In this document: positions 1 to 9,274 of the stretch, piece by piece
Layout: each line of letters begins with the position of its first letter
Position numbering within the stretch: position 1 is the stretch's first letter
Origin: Candidatus Hadarchaeota archaeon
GTDB taxonomy: Archaea; Hadarchaeota; Hadarchaeia; Hadarchaeales; Hadarchaeaceae
Length of the DNA: 32,000 nucleotides
Direction: 5' to 3'
Assembly (NCBI GenBank): GCA_964514965.1
Contig: CAZETV010000001.1
Coordinates: 993,063 to 1,025,062, forward strand
Notes under the pieces: model-generated
Database searches by the model: none
The model's input: only the letters and a program-made list of their open reading frames with translations
Told to the model about the DNA's origin: nothing
Position numbers and translations under genes: made by a program

Positions 1-2263
1 TGAGAGCGGCACGAGGTACTTCTATCATGGTACCGAACTTGTAAAACACATCGATCCCGTGTTTAGACATCACTTCGCGCGCTACCCGCTCAAGTTGCTC
101 GCGCACCACCTTAAGTTCGTTGACGTGACCAACAAGGGGAATCATGATTTCCGGTCTCGGGTCGCTGCCTTCCCGCTTGAGTTCACATGCCGCCTCGAAT
201 ATCGCCCGAACCTGCATCTCATTGATGTCGGGGTGGATTATCCCAAGCCTGCATCCTCGGAGCCCCATCATCGGGTTGGCCTCCCGCATTTCCTCGACCC
301 GCTTCAAAAGTTTCTCCTCGGCTTCGAGTTCGGCTGGTTTCTCCCTGTTCATTCGTCGCGTAATCACCTCTTCCAGCAACTCCTCGTACTTGGGCAGAAA
401 TTCATGCAAGGGTGGGTCGAGGAGCCTTATCACCACAGGCAGGCCGTTCATCTCCTTCAAAATTCCCTTGAAATCACCCTTTTGAATCTCGAGCAATTTT
501 CCGAGAGCGTCTCTGCGCTCATCCTCTGTCTCGGCGAGTATCATTTGGTGGACGAGCGGCAGTCTCTTCTCCTCGAAGAACATGTGCTCAGTCCGACACA
601 ATCCTATCCCTTGAGCTCCAAGCTCCCTTGCTCGTTTAGCATCATGCGGATAGTCGGCGTTCGCCCAGTTCTGCAGTCGTTTGAACTCGTCAGCTGAAGA
701 AAGAAGTTTTTTGAACTCGACTGATATTTGCGGCTCTATCAACGGTGCCTCGCCAAGTATGACCTCGCCGTTTGAGCCGTTTATCGTGATTGTATCGCCT
801 TCTTTAACTGTTACCCCATTCACATCGAACAATCGCTTATCCGGGTCTATCTTGATGGACTCACAACCGACTACTGCGGGTTTCCCCATCCCTCTCGTTA
901 CCACTGCCGCATGGCTTGTCATTCCCCCTCTAGACGTGAGAACTCCCTGTGAGGCGATTATTCCCCCCACATCGTCCGGGCTTGTTTCCGGACGAACGAG
1001 TATGACTTTTTCTTTTTTCCCGCCCATCTCTTTTGCTTGCTCGGAATCAAACACAACTTTTCCAACCGCAGCACCCGGGCTAGCGTTAAGACCTTTCGCG
1101 ATTACTCGGACGTCAGCTTTCAGGTCTACCTGTTTATGTAACATTTGCTCAATTTGTTTAGGGTCAATCCTCAGGACGGCCTCTTCTTGGGTTATCAATC
1201 CTTCCTCAGCCATATCAACCGCTATTTTAACCGCAGCCTGAGCAGTCCTTTTTCCAGCTCGCGTCTGAAGCATGTAGAACTTCCCTTGCTCGACCGTGAA
1301 CTCAACGTCCTGCATCTCTCTGTAATGTTGTTCAAGTTTTCTTGCGATGTCGAGAAGCTGCTGGTAGAGGTGTGGAGCTTTTTCCTCAAGTTCTGCAATC
1401 TTAAGGGGAGTCCTAACTCCAGCTACTACATCCTCCCCTTGGGCGTTGAACAGGAATTCGCCGAAAAGTTTCTTCTCACCAGTGGCGGGATTGCGAGTAA
1501 AAGCAACTCCTGTTCCAGAGTCGGCCCCCATGTTTCCAAACACCATGGTGACAACGTTAACCGCAGTATACAGGTCATGAGGTATCTTGTAGAACTCGCG
1601 ATACTCCTTTGCCCGCTTTGTGTTCCAGGACTTGAAAACTGAGATTATCGCCCCTCTGAGCTGTTCATGTGGGTCATTCGGAAATTTCTCACCTTTTTCC
1701 TCTATTATTTGTTTGAATTGTCTGACTATTTCCTTCAGGTCTTCGGCTTTCAAGTCGGTGTCTAGCTTGGCCCCAACTTTGCTCTTGCGCCCATCAAATG
1801 CCGCCTCAAACTTTTTACCTTCGACCCCGAGCACTATCTTGCCGAACATCTGAATGAACCTGCGATAAGCGTCGTAGGCGAACCGCTCGTTTTTAGTCCG
1901 TTTTGCCAGCCCCTCAACACTCTCATCGTTAAGGCCGAGGTTGAGAATAGTATCCATCATGCCCGGCATCGAGAGCATGGAGCCAGAGCGAATGGAAACG
2001 AGTAGAGGGTTATTTGGGTCGCCGAAGCGTTTGCCCGTGAGTTTTTCAAGCTTCTGTATGGCTGATTCAACTTCGTCCATTAGCTCATCCGGTAACTTGC
2101 CCCCGCTTTCGTAATAGCTCCTGCAAACCTCGGTAGTGATCACAAAACCGGGGGGTACAGGTAGTCCAAGTTGTGCCATCGTGCAGAGACCGGCACCCTT
2201 GCCTCCAAGCAGCTTTTTATTTGAGCGATCCCCCTCATCGAAGGAGTAGAGGTTCTTTACCAT
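1..2263 (-). CDS. ppdK: Pyruvate, phosphate dikinase (PPDK); C-terminus runs off the window start
   Basis: This ORF is absent from the ORF track because it has no stop in the window. The reverse complement from the ATG at 2263 reads MVKNLYSFDEGDRSNKKLLGGKGAGLCTMAQLGLPVPPGFVITTEVC and stays open to base 1. It contains the phosphohistidine motif GGMTSHAAVVTRGMGKP, the PEP-utilizer motif GLCRTEHMF, and ends ...GTMIEVPRAAL. The plus-strand ORFs at 59-1853 are low-complexity antisense shadows. Confidence 0.9.
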   Translation of the reverse strand, partial: MVKNLYSFDEGDRSNKKLLGGKGAGLCTMAQLGLPVPPGFVITTEVCRSYYESGGKLPDELMDEVESAIQKLEKLTGKRFGDPNNPLLVSIRSGSMLSMPGMMDTILNLGLNDESVEGLAKRTKNERFAYDAYRRFIQMFGKIVLGVEGKKFEAAFDGRKSKVGAKLDTDLKAEDLKEIVRQFKQIIEEKGEKFPNDPHEQLRGAIISVFKSWNTKRAKEYREFYKIPHDLYTAVNVVTMVFGNMGADSGTGVAFTRNPATGEKKLFGEFLFNAQGEDVVAGVRTPLKIAELEEKAPHLYQQLLDIARKLEQHYREMQDVEFTVEQGKFYMLQTRAGKRTAQAAVKIAVDMAEEGLITQEEAVLRIDPKQIEQMLHKQVDLKADVRVIAKGLNASPGAAVGKVVFDSEQAKEMGGKKEKVILVRPETSPDDVGGIIASQGVLTSRGGMTSHAAVVTRGMGKPAVVGCESIKIDPDKRLFDVNGVTVKEGDTITINGSNGEVILGEAPLIEPQISVEFKKLLSSADEFKRLQNWANADYPHDAKRARELGAQGIGLCRTEHMFFEEKRLPLVHQMILAETEDERRDALGKLLEIQKGDFKGILKEMNGLPVVIRLLDPPLHEFLPKYEELLEEVITRRMNREKPAELEAEEKLLKRVEEMREANPMMGLRGCRLGIIHPDINEMQVRAIFEAACELKREGSDPRPEIMIPLVGHVNELKVVREQLERVAREVMSKHGIDVFYKFGTMIEVPRAAL

Positions 2264-2338
2264 ATGCGCGCCTCACCGTTCAACACAGGGAGCATTGCTT
2301 TTATCTTTTTTGGGATACCACTATAGAAGGGTTTGCGC

Positions 2339-3214
2339 ATGAGATGGCTCACACCAATCAGACCAGGGTTTGGAGGTTTCGATGAACCTTATGAGCGGGC
2401 TAACGTGGTGTTCGTAGGAGTGCCCCTCGATGTTACCTCAAGCTATCGCTCGGGCTACCGCTTCGGCCCAGCTAGAATTCGGGAGGCGTCGGCGAACCTT
2501 GAAACATACCTGATGGCGGCGGGACTGGATGTCTTCGAACGGCTCAACATCTCCGACCTTGGCGACTTGGAAGTTAGGCCCACAGATTTGAAGGAGACAG
2601 GTGAGCGGATCTTAAGAACGGTCCAAAGGATAAGGGGAGACGAAAAGATGCCCGTCCTGTTGGGCGGTGAGCACACCCTGACTTACTTCGCTCTCCAAGC
2701 TTTCGATGACGTGTTTGTAGTGCATTTAGACGCTCACCGCGATCTGCGCGAAGAGTACCTAGGCGATAAAATCTGCCACGCGACGGTTATGCGGCGGGTA
2801 TTAGACCGCTTGCCCCCCGAACGCTTGGTGCAGGTCGGAGTTCGCTCCTGTTCGAAGGAGGAAGCAGATTTCGCGCGCGAGGCAAATATACTCGCTTATA
2901 ATTCCGGGCAGATCATCGACGACGCGTCTCGGATAATATCGGAAGTGCGCAAGCTCGTCGGTAAGGCACGCGTTTACCTTACCATCGACCTCGATGTCCT
3001 CGATCCTGCTTTCGCTCCCGGGGTTGCGACGCCAGAGCCTGGAGGACCCTCGACGGTTGAAATTTCGCGATTAATTCGTGAACTCGGAAAACTCAACATA
3101 TGGGCTTTTGATTTGGTAGAATTGGTTCCTCCGCACGACGATGGTACCGCGGCCTTTGCTGCGGCGAAAATTATTTACGAACTACTAGCTGCGATTGCCA
3201 GTTTATCCAAGTAG
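2339..3214 (+). CDS. speB: Agmatinase / ureohydrolase (arginase-family) protein
   Basis: Arginase-fold metal-binding motifs are present: [36 protein letters not shown]. The track ORF starts at TTG 2333; the in-frame ATG at 2339 is taken as the start. Confidence 0.8.
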   Translation: MRWLTPIRPGFGGFDEPYERANVVFVGVPLDVTSSYRSGYRFGPARIREASANLETYLMAAGLDVFERLNISDLGDLEVRPTDLKETGERILRTVQRIRGDEKMPVLLGGEHTLTYFALQAFDDVFVVHLDAHRDLREEYLGDKICHATVMRRVLDRLPPERLVQVGVRSCSKEEADFAREANILAYNSGQIIDDASRIISEVRKLVGKARVYLTIDLDVLDPAFAPGVATPEPGGPSTVEISRLIRELGKLNIWAFDLVELVPPHDDGTAAFAAAKIIYELLAAIASLSK

Positions 3215-3721
3215 TTTCTGTCCCTGCTCCACGACGGTTCTAGACGGTAGAGGTAGTTTCAAACTTGCACGGCGAAGTGCTTCCTTGGCGACGAGCGCAA
3301 ATTCCTTCGCTACCCGCACACTCATAATTTTTTGTCCTGAGCTAACCCGCGCAGCAGTGCCAATTGGTCTGCCGAAGGCTCGGGCCATACCATCAGAGAT
3401 TCGGTCAGCGCCCGCCCCGGTTGCCATGGGGTTCTCGCGTAGGATCTGGTGAGGGTAGACGCGGAGCTTGAAATGGTAATTATCCTTGCCAGCTTTGACC
3501 TCGAGCAGACGATTCACGGCAATACGAGCGGCTTCCAGAGCATTGTGCCTTATCTGTCCGGTCTCCTGCGAAATTAGGGACATCTCGACCGGGAAATCAC
3601 CCTTAGGGTTGCCCATATCGAAGAAGGTAACACGTATCCCAGGGACTCCCTTAACGTACTCCCGGCGAGTGTAGGCCGGGCCGCTGAAGTAGCGGTAGGT
3701 CCGCGCGGGTCTAATCGGCAT
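3203..3721 (-). CDS. rpl10e: 50S ribosomal protein uL16 (L10e)
   Basis: The N-terminus [27 protein letters not shown] is typical of archaeal/eukaryotic L10e. The ATG at 3721 is preferred to the GTG at 3730. The gene converges on the agmatinase gene and overlaps its 3' end by 12 nt. Confidence 0.9.
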   Translation of the reverse strand: MPIRPARTYRYFSGPAYTRREYVKGVPGIRVTFFDMGNPKGDFPVEMSLISQETGQIRHNALEAARIAVNRLLEVKAGKDNYHFKLRVYPHQILRENPMATGAGADRISDGMARAFGRPIGTAARVSSGQKIMSVRVAKEFALVAKEALRRASLKLPLPSRTVVEQGQKLLG

Positions 3722-3794
3722 GTGAATCACTCTTAATAAGTTTTAAACCCCTTTACATTTATAACTGCTATTTGGAATTATAAGGAGTGGTCAA

Positions 3795-4454
3795 ATGTCA
3801 TATATAATAATTGTTGGAGGGGGCCAGACCGGCTCGAAGCTAGCTAAGCGGCTTTCCGACCGAGGACACAACGTGGTGTTAATAGAGAAGGACGAAAAGC
3901 GGGCCCACGAGCTAGCGGCTGAGCTGGACGTGTTAGTCATTCACGGCAACGGCGCCGACATAGACGCGCTGAAGGATTCAGGCGTCGATAAGGCTGACGT
4001 GTTAATTGCGCTCACCCAACATGATGAGGTCAACCTCATGGCGTGTGAGCTGGGCAAGAAGATGGGCGTTCGCAGAGTAATCGCCCGAGTCAACGATGAG
4101 AAACATGCCAAGATGTTCGAGGAGCTTGGGGTCGACATCGCGGTCAGCTTGGTGAGTGCCGCAGTAATGCTCTTCGAGAAGGCTGTGACGGGATCTGGGG
4201 TCTATGGATTGTTGGGAATAGGTGGTGGCAAAGGCGAGGTCGTGGAGGTCACGGTCGGCACTAACTCGAAGACGGTCGGGAAGTTCATCAAGGAAATAAA
4301 CGTGACGAAAGACTGCACGTTCGCAATGATAACTAGGGGGGATGACTTCATTCCCCCGCGAGGTGACACCCAGATTCAAGCGGGAGACCTCGTCACGGTC
4401 GTGGGCAAACCCGAAGCTGTTTTGAAGGTCACCCGTTATCTGCGCGGCGAATAG
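3795..4454 (+). CDS. trkA: TrkA/KtrA-type K+ transport regulatory protein (RCK N + C domains)
   Basis: A Rossmann motif (IIIVGGGQTGSKLAKRL) is followed by a TrkA-C-like C-terminal domain (IQAGDLVTVVG). An AAGGAGTGG Shine-Dalgarno sequence lies before the ATG and a TATA-like CATTTATAAC lies upstream. Confidence 0.8.
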   Translation: MSYIIIVGGGQTGSKLAKRLSDRGHNVVLIEKDEKRAHELAAELDVLVIHGNGADIDALKDSGVDKADVLIALTQHDEVNLMACELGKKMGVRRVIARVNDEKHAKMFEELGVDIAVSLVSAAVMLFEKAVTGSGVYGLLGIGGGKGEVVEVTVGTNSKTVGKFIKEINVTKDCTFAMITRGDDFIPPRGDTQIQAGDLVTVVGKPEAVLKVTRYLRGE

Positions 4455-5608
4455 GATTTTGAGACGTGAAGTTCGATAATATCTTTGTCCCGAAGTGCAT
4501 ACTCTCGAGGCACCTGTTGTCCCGGGAAGCGCGTCGACCCCCACACTCGAGCAAACTCCAGCTCTCGCGCAAAATCTTTATGCACCTCGTTCGCGACATC
4601 GAAGACTGTCGAACCCTTTGGCAGTACCAGTGGGCGCTTTGCCGGCTCCTCGTCGGGACGTTTAGTGTAAATGCGGATGAGTTCAAGATTTTCGAAAATC
4701 GCTCTTTTTAACTCATTCCCAGCCTCTTGGACGGCAATTGTCCGAAAGCGGTTCCTGAACTCGCGTTCTAGCAGCTTGATTTTCTCCCTAGGATTGGAGG
4801 AATCACATTTTGTGAGGAGGATAAAGGCGCGGCGATAGATCAAGGACTCGTCGAGCGATTCTTCGAGTTCCTCGGCCGTCACTGGTTCGTCGATGGTCAC
4901 GAGCGCGTTGTGGATGTGATGCCTCTGCAAAATAAGTTTGAGTTCCGCCTCGTCGACCGTAAACATACCCGCTCCTCGAATTTCAATTCCTCCTGTAACC
5001 CTGCGCTGAATGCTAAGCTTAGGGGGCAGCTGATTAAGCCTGATGCCGGCCGCCTCGAGCTCGTTAATCAGCATTAGGACCTGCTCGGTTAGTTTCGTTG
5101 AGGCATCGACCACTAAAATGATGGCATCCGCGTTTCGAGCGATGCTGAGCGACCGTGCTCCAATTCCCTTGCCGAGACTCGAGTCCTCAACTACAGCGGG
5201 GACTTCGACAAGTTGTATTTGAACATCCTCAAATTGCATCATTCCCGGCACCGGCTGTTGAGTGGTAAATGGGTAAACACCGATTTTTGGGCGAGCGGCC
5301 GTGAGCTGATGCAGTACCGTTGACTTCCCAGAGTTAGGTGCCCCCACGAGCGCGACCTGAGCGGCACCTTCTTTTTTGACGGCGAAACTCGGTCCACCTC
5401 TGCCGACCCGGCGCACCTGTTTTGTCTGCAGCTCTTGGCGGAGTTTGGCTAGACGCCGCTTGAGCACCTTCAGGAGCTTCTCGGTCCCTTTATGTTTCGG
5501 GGCAAGGCGGATGAGTTCCTCAGTTGCTAGGATTTTCTCGTCTATAGTTCGTGCTTGATGGTAGCGCGCTTCAGCCTTGAAGTATTCAGGTGGGGGATTT
5601 GCTGGCAT
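4436..5608 (-). CDS. DRG/Obg-family GTPase with C-terminal TGS domain
   Basis: G1 motif GAPNSGKSTVLHQLT and a C-terminal TGS-like segment (RIYTKRP...STVFDVANEVHKDF...IIELH). The ATG at 5608 (MPANPPPEY) is preferred to the TTG at 5620. The 3' end overlaps the trkA 3' end by 19 nt. Confidence 0.85.
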   Translation of the reverse strand: MPANPPPEYFKAEARYHQARTIDEKILATEELIRLAPKHKGTEKLLKVLKRRLAKLRQELQTKQVRRVGRGGPSFAVKKEGAAQVALVGAPNSGKSTVLHQLTAARPKIGVYPFTTQQPVPGMMQFEDVQIQLVEVPAVVEDSSLGKGIGARSLSIARNADAIILVVDASTKLTEQVLMLINELEAAGIRLNQLPPKLSIQRRVTGGIEIRGAGMFTVDEAELKLILQRHHIHNALVTIDEPVTAEELEESLDESLIYRRAFILLTKCDSSNPREKIKLLEREFRNRFRTIAVQEAGNELKRAIFENLELIRIYTKRPDEEPAKRPLVLPKGSTVFDVANEVHKDFARELEFARVWGSTRFPGQQVPREYALRDKDIIELHVSKSYSPRR

Positions 5609-5794
5609 TTTCAACGCCAAATTCTATTGAGGTGGTCTAACAATATGAATATCAATGAGGGGGGCCTGTTAAAGGCCCTGAGATAAAAGATAACGCGGCG
5701 TCAAGTTGTGCTTGATAGTAGTCAAGTGGTTGAATCTAGTCATTTTTTGAGTTGTAGTTCTAAGTTTGAAATATCTCAAATTTTGAAGAAATCC

Positions 5795-5801
5795 TTAAAT
5801 A
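5795..5801 (+). promoter_or_regulatory. TATA-box-like element upstream of the structured RNA
   Basis: TTAAATA is centred about 27 nt upstream of GGCGGGGA, the 5' strand of the terminal helix. This is the spacing expected for an archaeal promoter. Confidence 0.4.
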
Positions 5802-5821
5802 GACTGGTGCTTTAGCTAGAG

Positions 5822-6058
5822 GGTGGCGGGGATAAAAGCCTGCAGAGGAGGCCAAACCGGAGCCTAAGGGCAACGGGGAGCCGCGTAAAAACCCGGGCGA
5901 AAAACCGGGGGAGGACGCGGATAAATCCTGTGGAAGAACAGGACAAAGTAACGACTGCGGGAAAAAGATCCTAACGTGAAAAAGCAACGAATGAGTGAAG
6001 TGGTCGAGATTCACGAACTCGTTGAAGGAGTAATGGAAGGGTCGAAATCCCCGCCATT
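5822..6058 (+). ncRNA. Structured RNA, most likely RNase P RNA (short form)
   Basis: GGCGGGGAU (5825-5833) pairs with AUCCCCGCC (6047-6055) to form a terminal helix. A TATA box lies upstream and a T-tract (TTTTCTTTT) follows. The sequence is purine-rich with GC stems joined by A-runs. Several motifs resemble conserved RNase P regions: GGGGAUAAAAGCCUGC (compare GAGGAAAGUCCNNGC), CCUAAGGGCAAC (compare UAGGGCAG), GCGUAAAAACCCGGGCGAAAAACC (compare GCGGUAAACCCC...GAGAAACC), GAACAGGACAAAG and ACGAAUGAGUG. No P4 pairing could be convincingly drawn by hand and the length is short, so the class is not certain. Confidence 0.5.
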
Positions 6059-6063
6059 TTCTT

Positions 6064-7257
6064 TTAGGGTTTCAACAAGTAGCGTGAGTACTTTAAGATT
6101 TTTTTCAGCTCAAGCAAAGGCAGCAATCGCGGTGCGTTGACTAGGAGGGCTCGTAGAAGTTTTTCATGGCAATCGAAGTCAAAGTGTTTGAGCACCAAAG
6201 CTCGCACGTCTTCTTTCTTCAGAAGCTCGAATATTAAATTTAGATCCTCATCGGTCATTCGTTCAAAAACCTTGCGTGCACGAATTCCCAACTCAAACTC
6301 ACGACCAAACCTCTTCATCACAGCTTGTTCATACGCGCGAAGCTTCTTGGAGTTGGGTTCGCTTTTGAGGGCATCTGTCGCGACTTCGGCTGCAAGTTTG
6401 GCACAAGAAAGCCCGACATAGATGCCGCCTCCCGTAAGTGGCTTGACATGACCTGCGGCGTCTCCCACCAGCATCACGCGGTCAGTGCAGATTTTCCTCG
6501 TCATAGGTTGGGGGATTAGTCCAGTGAAGAAGTTGAGGGTTTTATCGGGTTGAATTTTGGTGGATACTATTGGGCAGTTTTTTACAAAAGAGAGGAGCTT
6601 CTCGATGGCATTGCCTTGGGAGGTGCCGAGCCCCACGCGGCAGAGGTTGCCAGCAGGGGTCAACCAAGCAAAGAAACCCGGCGCAAAAGAGTTGCCGAAG
6701 CAAAGCTCGGCGGTGTCGGATCGGACGCTCGCAAAGGTTTCGAGCTGAGCGCATTTGAGGTAGCGTGAAGTTTTCAGCAAACCTGCCTCCCGCGCGACAA
6801 TCGAAGCTGGGCCGTCCGCACCAATTACTAAACGTGCCTTGATTTCAGTTTCGCACGCGCCCTTGAGCTTCACCACAGGCTCGCGCCCGAGTTTGAGTCC
6901 CGCGCACCTCGTCTTTAGGAGCAGAGTGGCTCCAGCTTTCACGGCTTTCCTCGCTAGTTCCCGGTCGAAAGCAGCACGATCGATCACGAATGCCTCCACA
7001 TTGCCGCGACTTATCTCGATAGGCTCGTTAGATGGAGGATAAAAAATGGCGCGACGAAGCTTCCCGAGCACCCATTTCCCCAAATTAATTTTCAACTCTC
7101 GGAGACCACCTGTCCCGACTATACCAGCGCAGCAAGCGGGATTTCCGACTTCGCCGTGTTCTTCCACAATTACAACTTTCAACCCACGTTTGGCAAGCGC
7201 CTCACCGACAAAACATCCCGCAGGACCTCCGCCAACCACAGCAATATCTGCCCACAA
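6064..7257 (-). CDS. Geranylgeranyl reductase family FAD-dependent oxidoreductase (archaeal lipid saturation type)
   Basis: N-terminal FAD motif DIAVVGGGPAGCFVGEALAKRG, then CAGIV and GDAAGHVKPLTGGGI. The apparent start codon is TTG. Confidence 0.85.
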   Translation of the reverse strand: MWADIAVVGGGPAGCFVGEALAKRGLKVVIVEEHGEVGNPACCAGIVGTGGLRELKINLGKWVLGKLRRAIFYPPSNEPIEISRGNVEAFVIDRAAFDRELARKAVKAGATLLLKTRCAGLKLGREPVVKLKGACETEIKARLVIGADGPASIVAREAGLLKTSRYLKCAQLETFASVRSDTAELCFGNSFAPGFFAWLTPAGNLCRVGLGTSQGNAIEKLLSFVKNCPIVSTKIQPDKTLNFFTGLIPQPMTRKICTDRVMLVGDAAGHVKPLTGGGIYVGLSCAKLAAEVATDALKSEPNSKKLRAYEQAVMKRFGREFELGIRARKVFERMTDEDLNLIFELLKKEDVRALVLKHFDFDCHEKLLRALLVNAPRLLPLLELKKILKYSRYLLKP

Positions 7258-7312
7258 CCCAGCACCTTACAACTTTTTTAAGTCACAATAGATAACCCTA
7301 ACGAGTGGTTGA

Positions 7313-7837
7313 ATGCTCGATGTGCTAGCGTACGTGCTCTTCGGCCTGTTTGTCCTGATGGCGCCAGGCTTCCTATTCACGCTCGTGCTCTACCCACGTA
7401 AGGAGAGCTTCGATTTCTGGCAGCGCATGGGAGCTAGCTTGGGCTTGGGTGTGATCGTGCTCATCTATCTCGGTTTTGTGCTCGCTCAGCCAGGCTTGAA
7501 AATGCTCGCCTTGGCGCCATTCGTGCTAGCAGTATTTGGCGTGTGCCTGCTTTTTGCGCTCATAGCATATTGGCGTGGAGGCTTGGATGTGCTCATAATT
7601 TATGAACGTGCATTAATGCGAAAGATAAGTAAACTGAGACGGCCCAAGCCTAAGCCAGTTCCATCCGAGGAAAAACCAACCCTACCTGAGCTACCGCCCC
7701 AGCCAAAAGAGCCGCCGACTCCGCCTGAGGAGAAACCAGCTCCTCCAACCGAAGAGCGGCCAGCCCCATCTGAAGAGCAACCAAATCAACCGCCTCAATC
7801 CTCCGGAGGGAAGCGAGAAAGTGGCGAAAGTGTTTAA
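7313..7837 (+). CDS. Membrane protein (about 3 TM) with a Pro/Glu/Lys-rich C-terminal tail
   Basis: A hydrophobic N-terminal 100 aa is followed by the tail RRPKPKPVPSEEKPTLPELPPQPKEPPTPPEEKPAPPTEERPAPSEEQP. The 3' end overlaps the pth2 start. Confidence 0.55.
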   Translation: MLDVLAYVLFGLFVLMAPGFLFTLVLYPRKESFDFWQRMGASLGLGVIVLIYLGFVLAQPGLKMLALAPFVLAVFGVCLLFALIAYWRGGLDVLIIYERALMRKISKLRRPKPKPVPSEEKPTLPELPPQPKEPPTPPEEKPAPPTEERPAPSEEQPNQPPQSSGGKRESGESV

Positions 7838-8186
7838 GTGCAAGCAAGTCATCGTCGTTCGAGCCGACCTTAAAATGAGCCCGGGAAAGCTTGCGACACA
7901 GGTTGCGCATGGAGCGGTTGCCGCTTTTGAACGTGTGCGCAAAGAGCACCGTGAATGGGCAGAAGTTTGGTTGAACGAGGGGCAGAAAAAAGTGGTGGTC
8001 AAAGTGGCGGGCGAGCAAGAGTTATTAAAACTACAAAAGCGCGCGGAGGAACTTGGCGTTTCCGCTGAGCTGATTCAAGATGCCGGATTGACCGAGTTGC
8101 CCCCAAGTACGACGACGGTGCTCGCAATTGGTCCCGCGCTAAACGAGGTTGTGGACCCGCTTACGGGCAATTTGCCTCTCCTTTAG
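7821..8186 (+). CDS. pth2: Peptidyl-tRNA hydrolase, archaeal/eukaryotic type (Pth2)
   Basis: KQVIVVRADLKMSPGKLATQVAHGAV and a C-terminal TTTVLAIGP match the PTH2 family pattern. The length of about 120 aa also fits. Confidence 0.9.
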   Translation: MAKVFKCKQVIVVRADLKMSPGKLATQVAHGAVAAFERVRKEHREWAEVWLNEGQKKVVVKVAGEQELLKLQKRAEELGVSAELIQDAGLTELPPSTTTVLAIGPALNEVVDPLTGNLPLL

Positions 8187-9179
8187 GTGAAAGAGATGAA
8201 GCTAAGCGATGTTGGTGAACGAACGCTGGTCGAGCTTGCCCGCAAAATTTTCAAGCGTGGAGCCCATGTCAGAGTAGGTATAGGCGATGATGCAGCCGTG
8301 CTAGATCTGGATAGTTTCAAGTGTGCGGTTTTGACGACTGATATGCTCGCCGCAAGCAGGCATTTCCCACATGGCACCTCACCCGAGCAAATGGGCCGCA
8401 AGGCGGTCGTGGTCAACTTGAGTGACCTAGCAGCGATGGGCGCAGAGCCGCTGGGGCTGATTTTTTCGGTGGGTTTGCCGAGGGGGCTTAAGGTTAAATT
8501 TGTCGAGCGACTCGTGCGGAGCATGGATATAGCCGCACGCGAACACGGCACCTACATTGTCGGTGGAGACTTAGACGAGACCGAAGAGATAGTCATATCG
8601 GGGATGGCTTTAGGCGTGGTTCGCAGGCGGGAATTCTTAACGCGATCCGGAGCGAAAGTTGGCGACATCATCGCGGTAACCGGCAAACTTGGAGCTGCCG
8701 CTGCGGGTTTGAAGCTACTTCTCAAACGGCTCCCGGTCAATAGCTATCGTGCGCTGGTTAGAGCCCAGCTCGAACCGAGAGCGCGCGTGCGAGAGGGTAG
8801 AGCTTTGGTGCGGAGTGGCCTCGTTACATCAGCGATAGATGTGACAGATGGGCTGGCAGCAAATATCTGGCAGCTTGCAAAGGAGAGCAAGATGAAAATT
8901 GTTATTGATCGCGATGATATACCCGAACACCCGCTCGTCAGAAAATTCGCGGTCCAGCATGGTTTCAATGTGGATGATTTCGTGCTTGTTGGAGGGGAAG
9001 ATTTTGAATTGCTCTTCACGGTCCGCCCGCGAGGATGGGAAAAAGTTCGGCTGACGCTCAAGCGCGTGGGCACAACGGCAACTAAGATTGGATGTGTAAC
9101 CAAAGGCAGGGGAGTTTTTATTAGAACTAATGGAAAGACACGAAAGTTGCCAGACCGCGGTTACGAGCATTTCAGATGA
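8187..9179 (+). CDS. thiL: Thiamine-monophosphate kinase (AIR synthase-related fold)
   Basis: GERTLVE...IGDDAAVL near the N-terminus, then DLSDLAAMGA, GGDL and an IAVTG-type C-domain. An alternative ATG start is at 8196. Confidence 0.75.
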   Translation: MKEMKLSDVGERTLVELARKIFKRGAHVRVGIGDDAAVLDLDSFKCAVLTTDMLAASRHFPHGTSPEQMGRKAVVVNLSDLAAMGAEPLGLIFSVGLPRGLKVKFVERLVRSMDIAAREHGTYIVGGDLDETEEIVISGMALGVVRRREFLTRSGAKVGDIIAVTGKLGAAAAGLKLLLKRLPVNSYRALVRAQLEPRARVREGRALVRSGLVTSAIDVTDGLAANIWQLAKESKMKIVIDRDDIPEHPLVRKFAVQHGFNVDDFVLVGGEDFELLFTVRPRGWEKVRLTLKRVGTTATKIGCVTKGRGVFIRTNGKTRKLPDRGYEHFR

Positions 9180-9274
9180 GTAAGAATATGACACATGATT
9201 TGCGAATAAAAATCGGCTGACAGATAAATTAGTAAATCTTTGATTTCCCTTTTGGTCTAGGATAATTCCTCTTT

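Noticed and set aside
59-1853. Five plus-strand ORFs (59-697, 144-485, 681-1241, 1145-1642, 1620-1853)
   Set aside because: They are Ser/Leu/Pro-rich, low-complexity translations. They lie antisense to an uninterrupted minus-strand frame that reads as pyruvate, phosphate dikinase from 2263 to 1, so they are shadow ORFs.
5760-6014. 84-aa minus-strand ORF
   Set aside because: It overlaps the plus-strand structured RNA, which has its own promoter, terminal helix and T-tract. The translation is low-complexity (Ser/Pro/Leu/Gly-rich) with no start context.
7650-8018. Minus-strand ORFs 7650-8018 and 7691-8002
   Set aside because: They are antisense to the proline-rich tail ORF and to pth2, which has a clear family signature. 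The translations are low-complexity.
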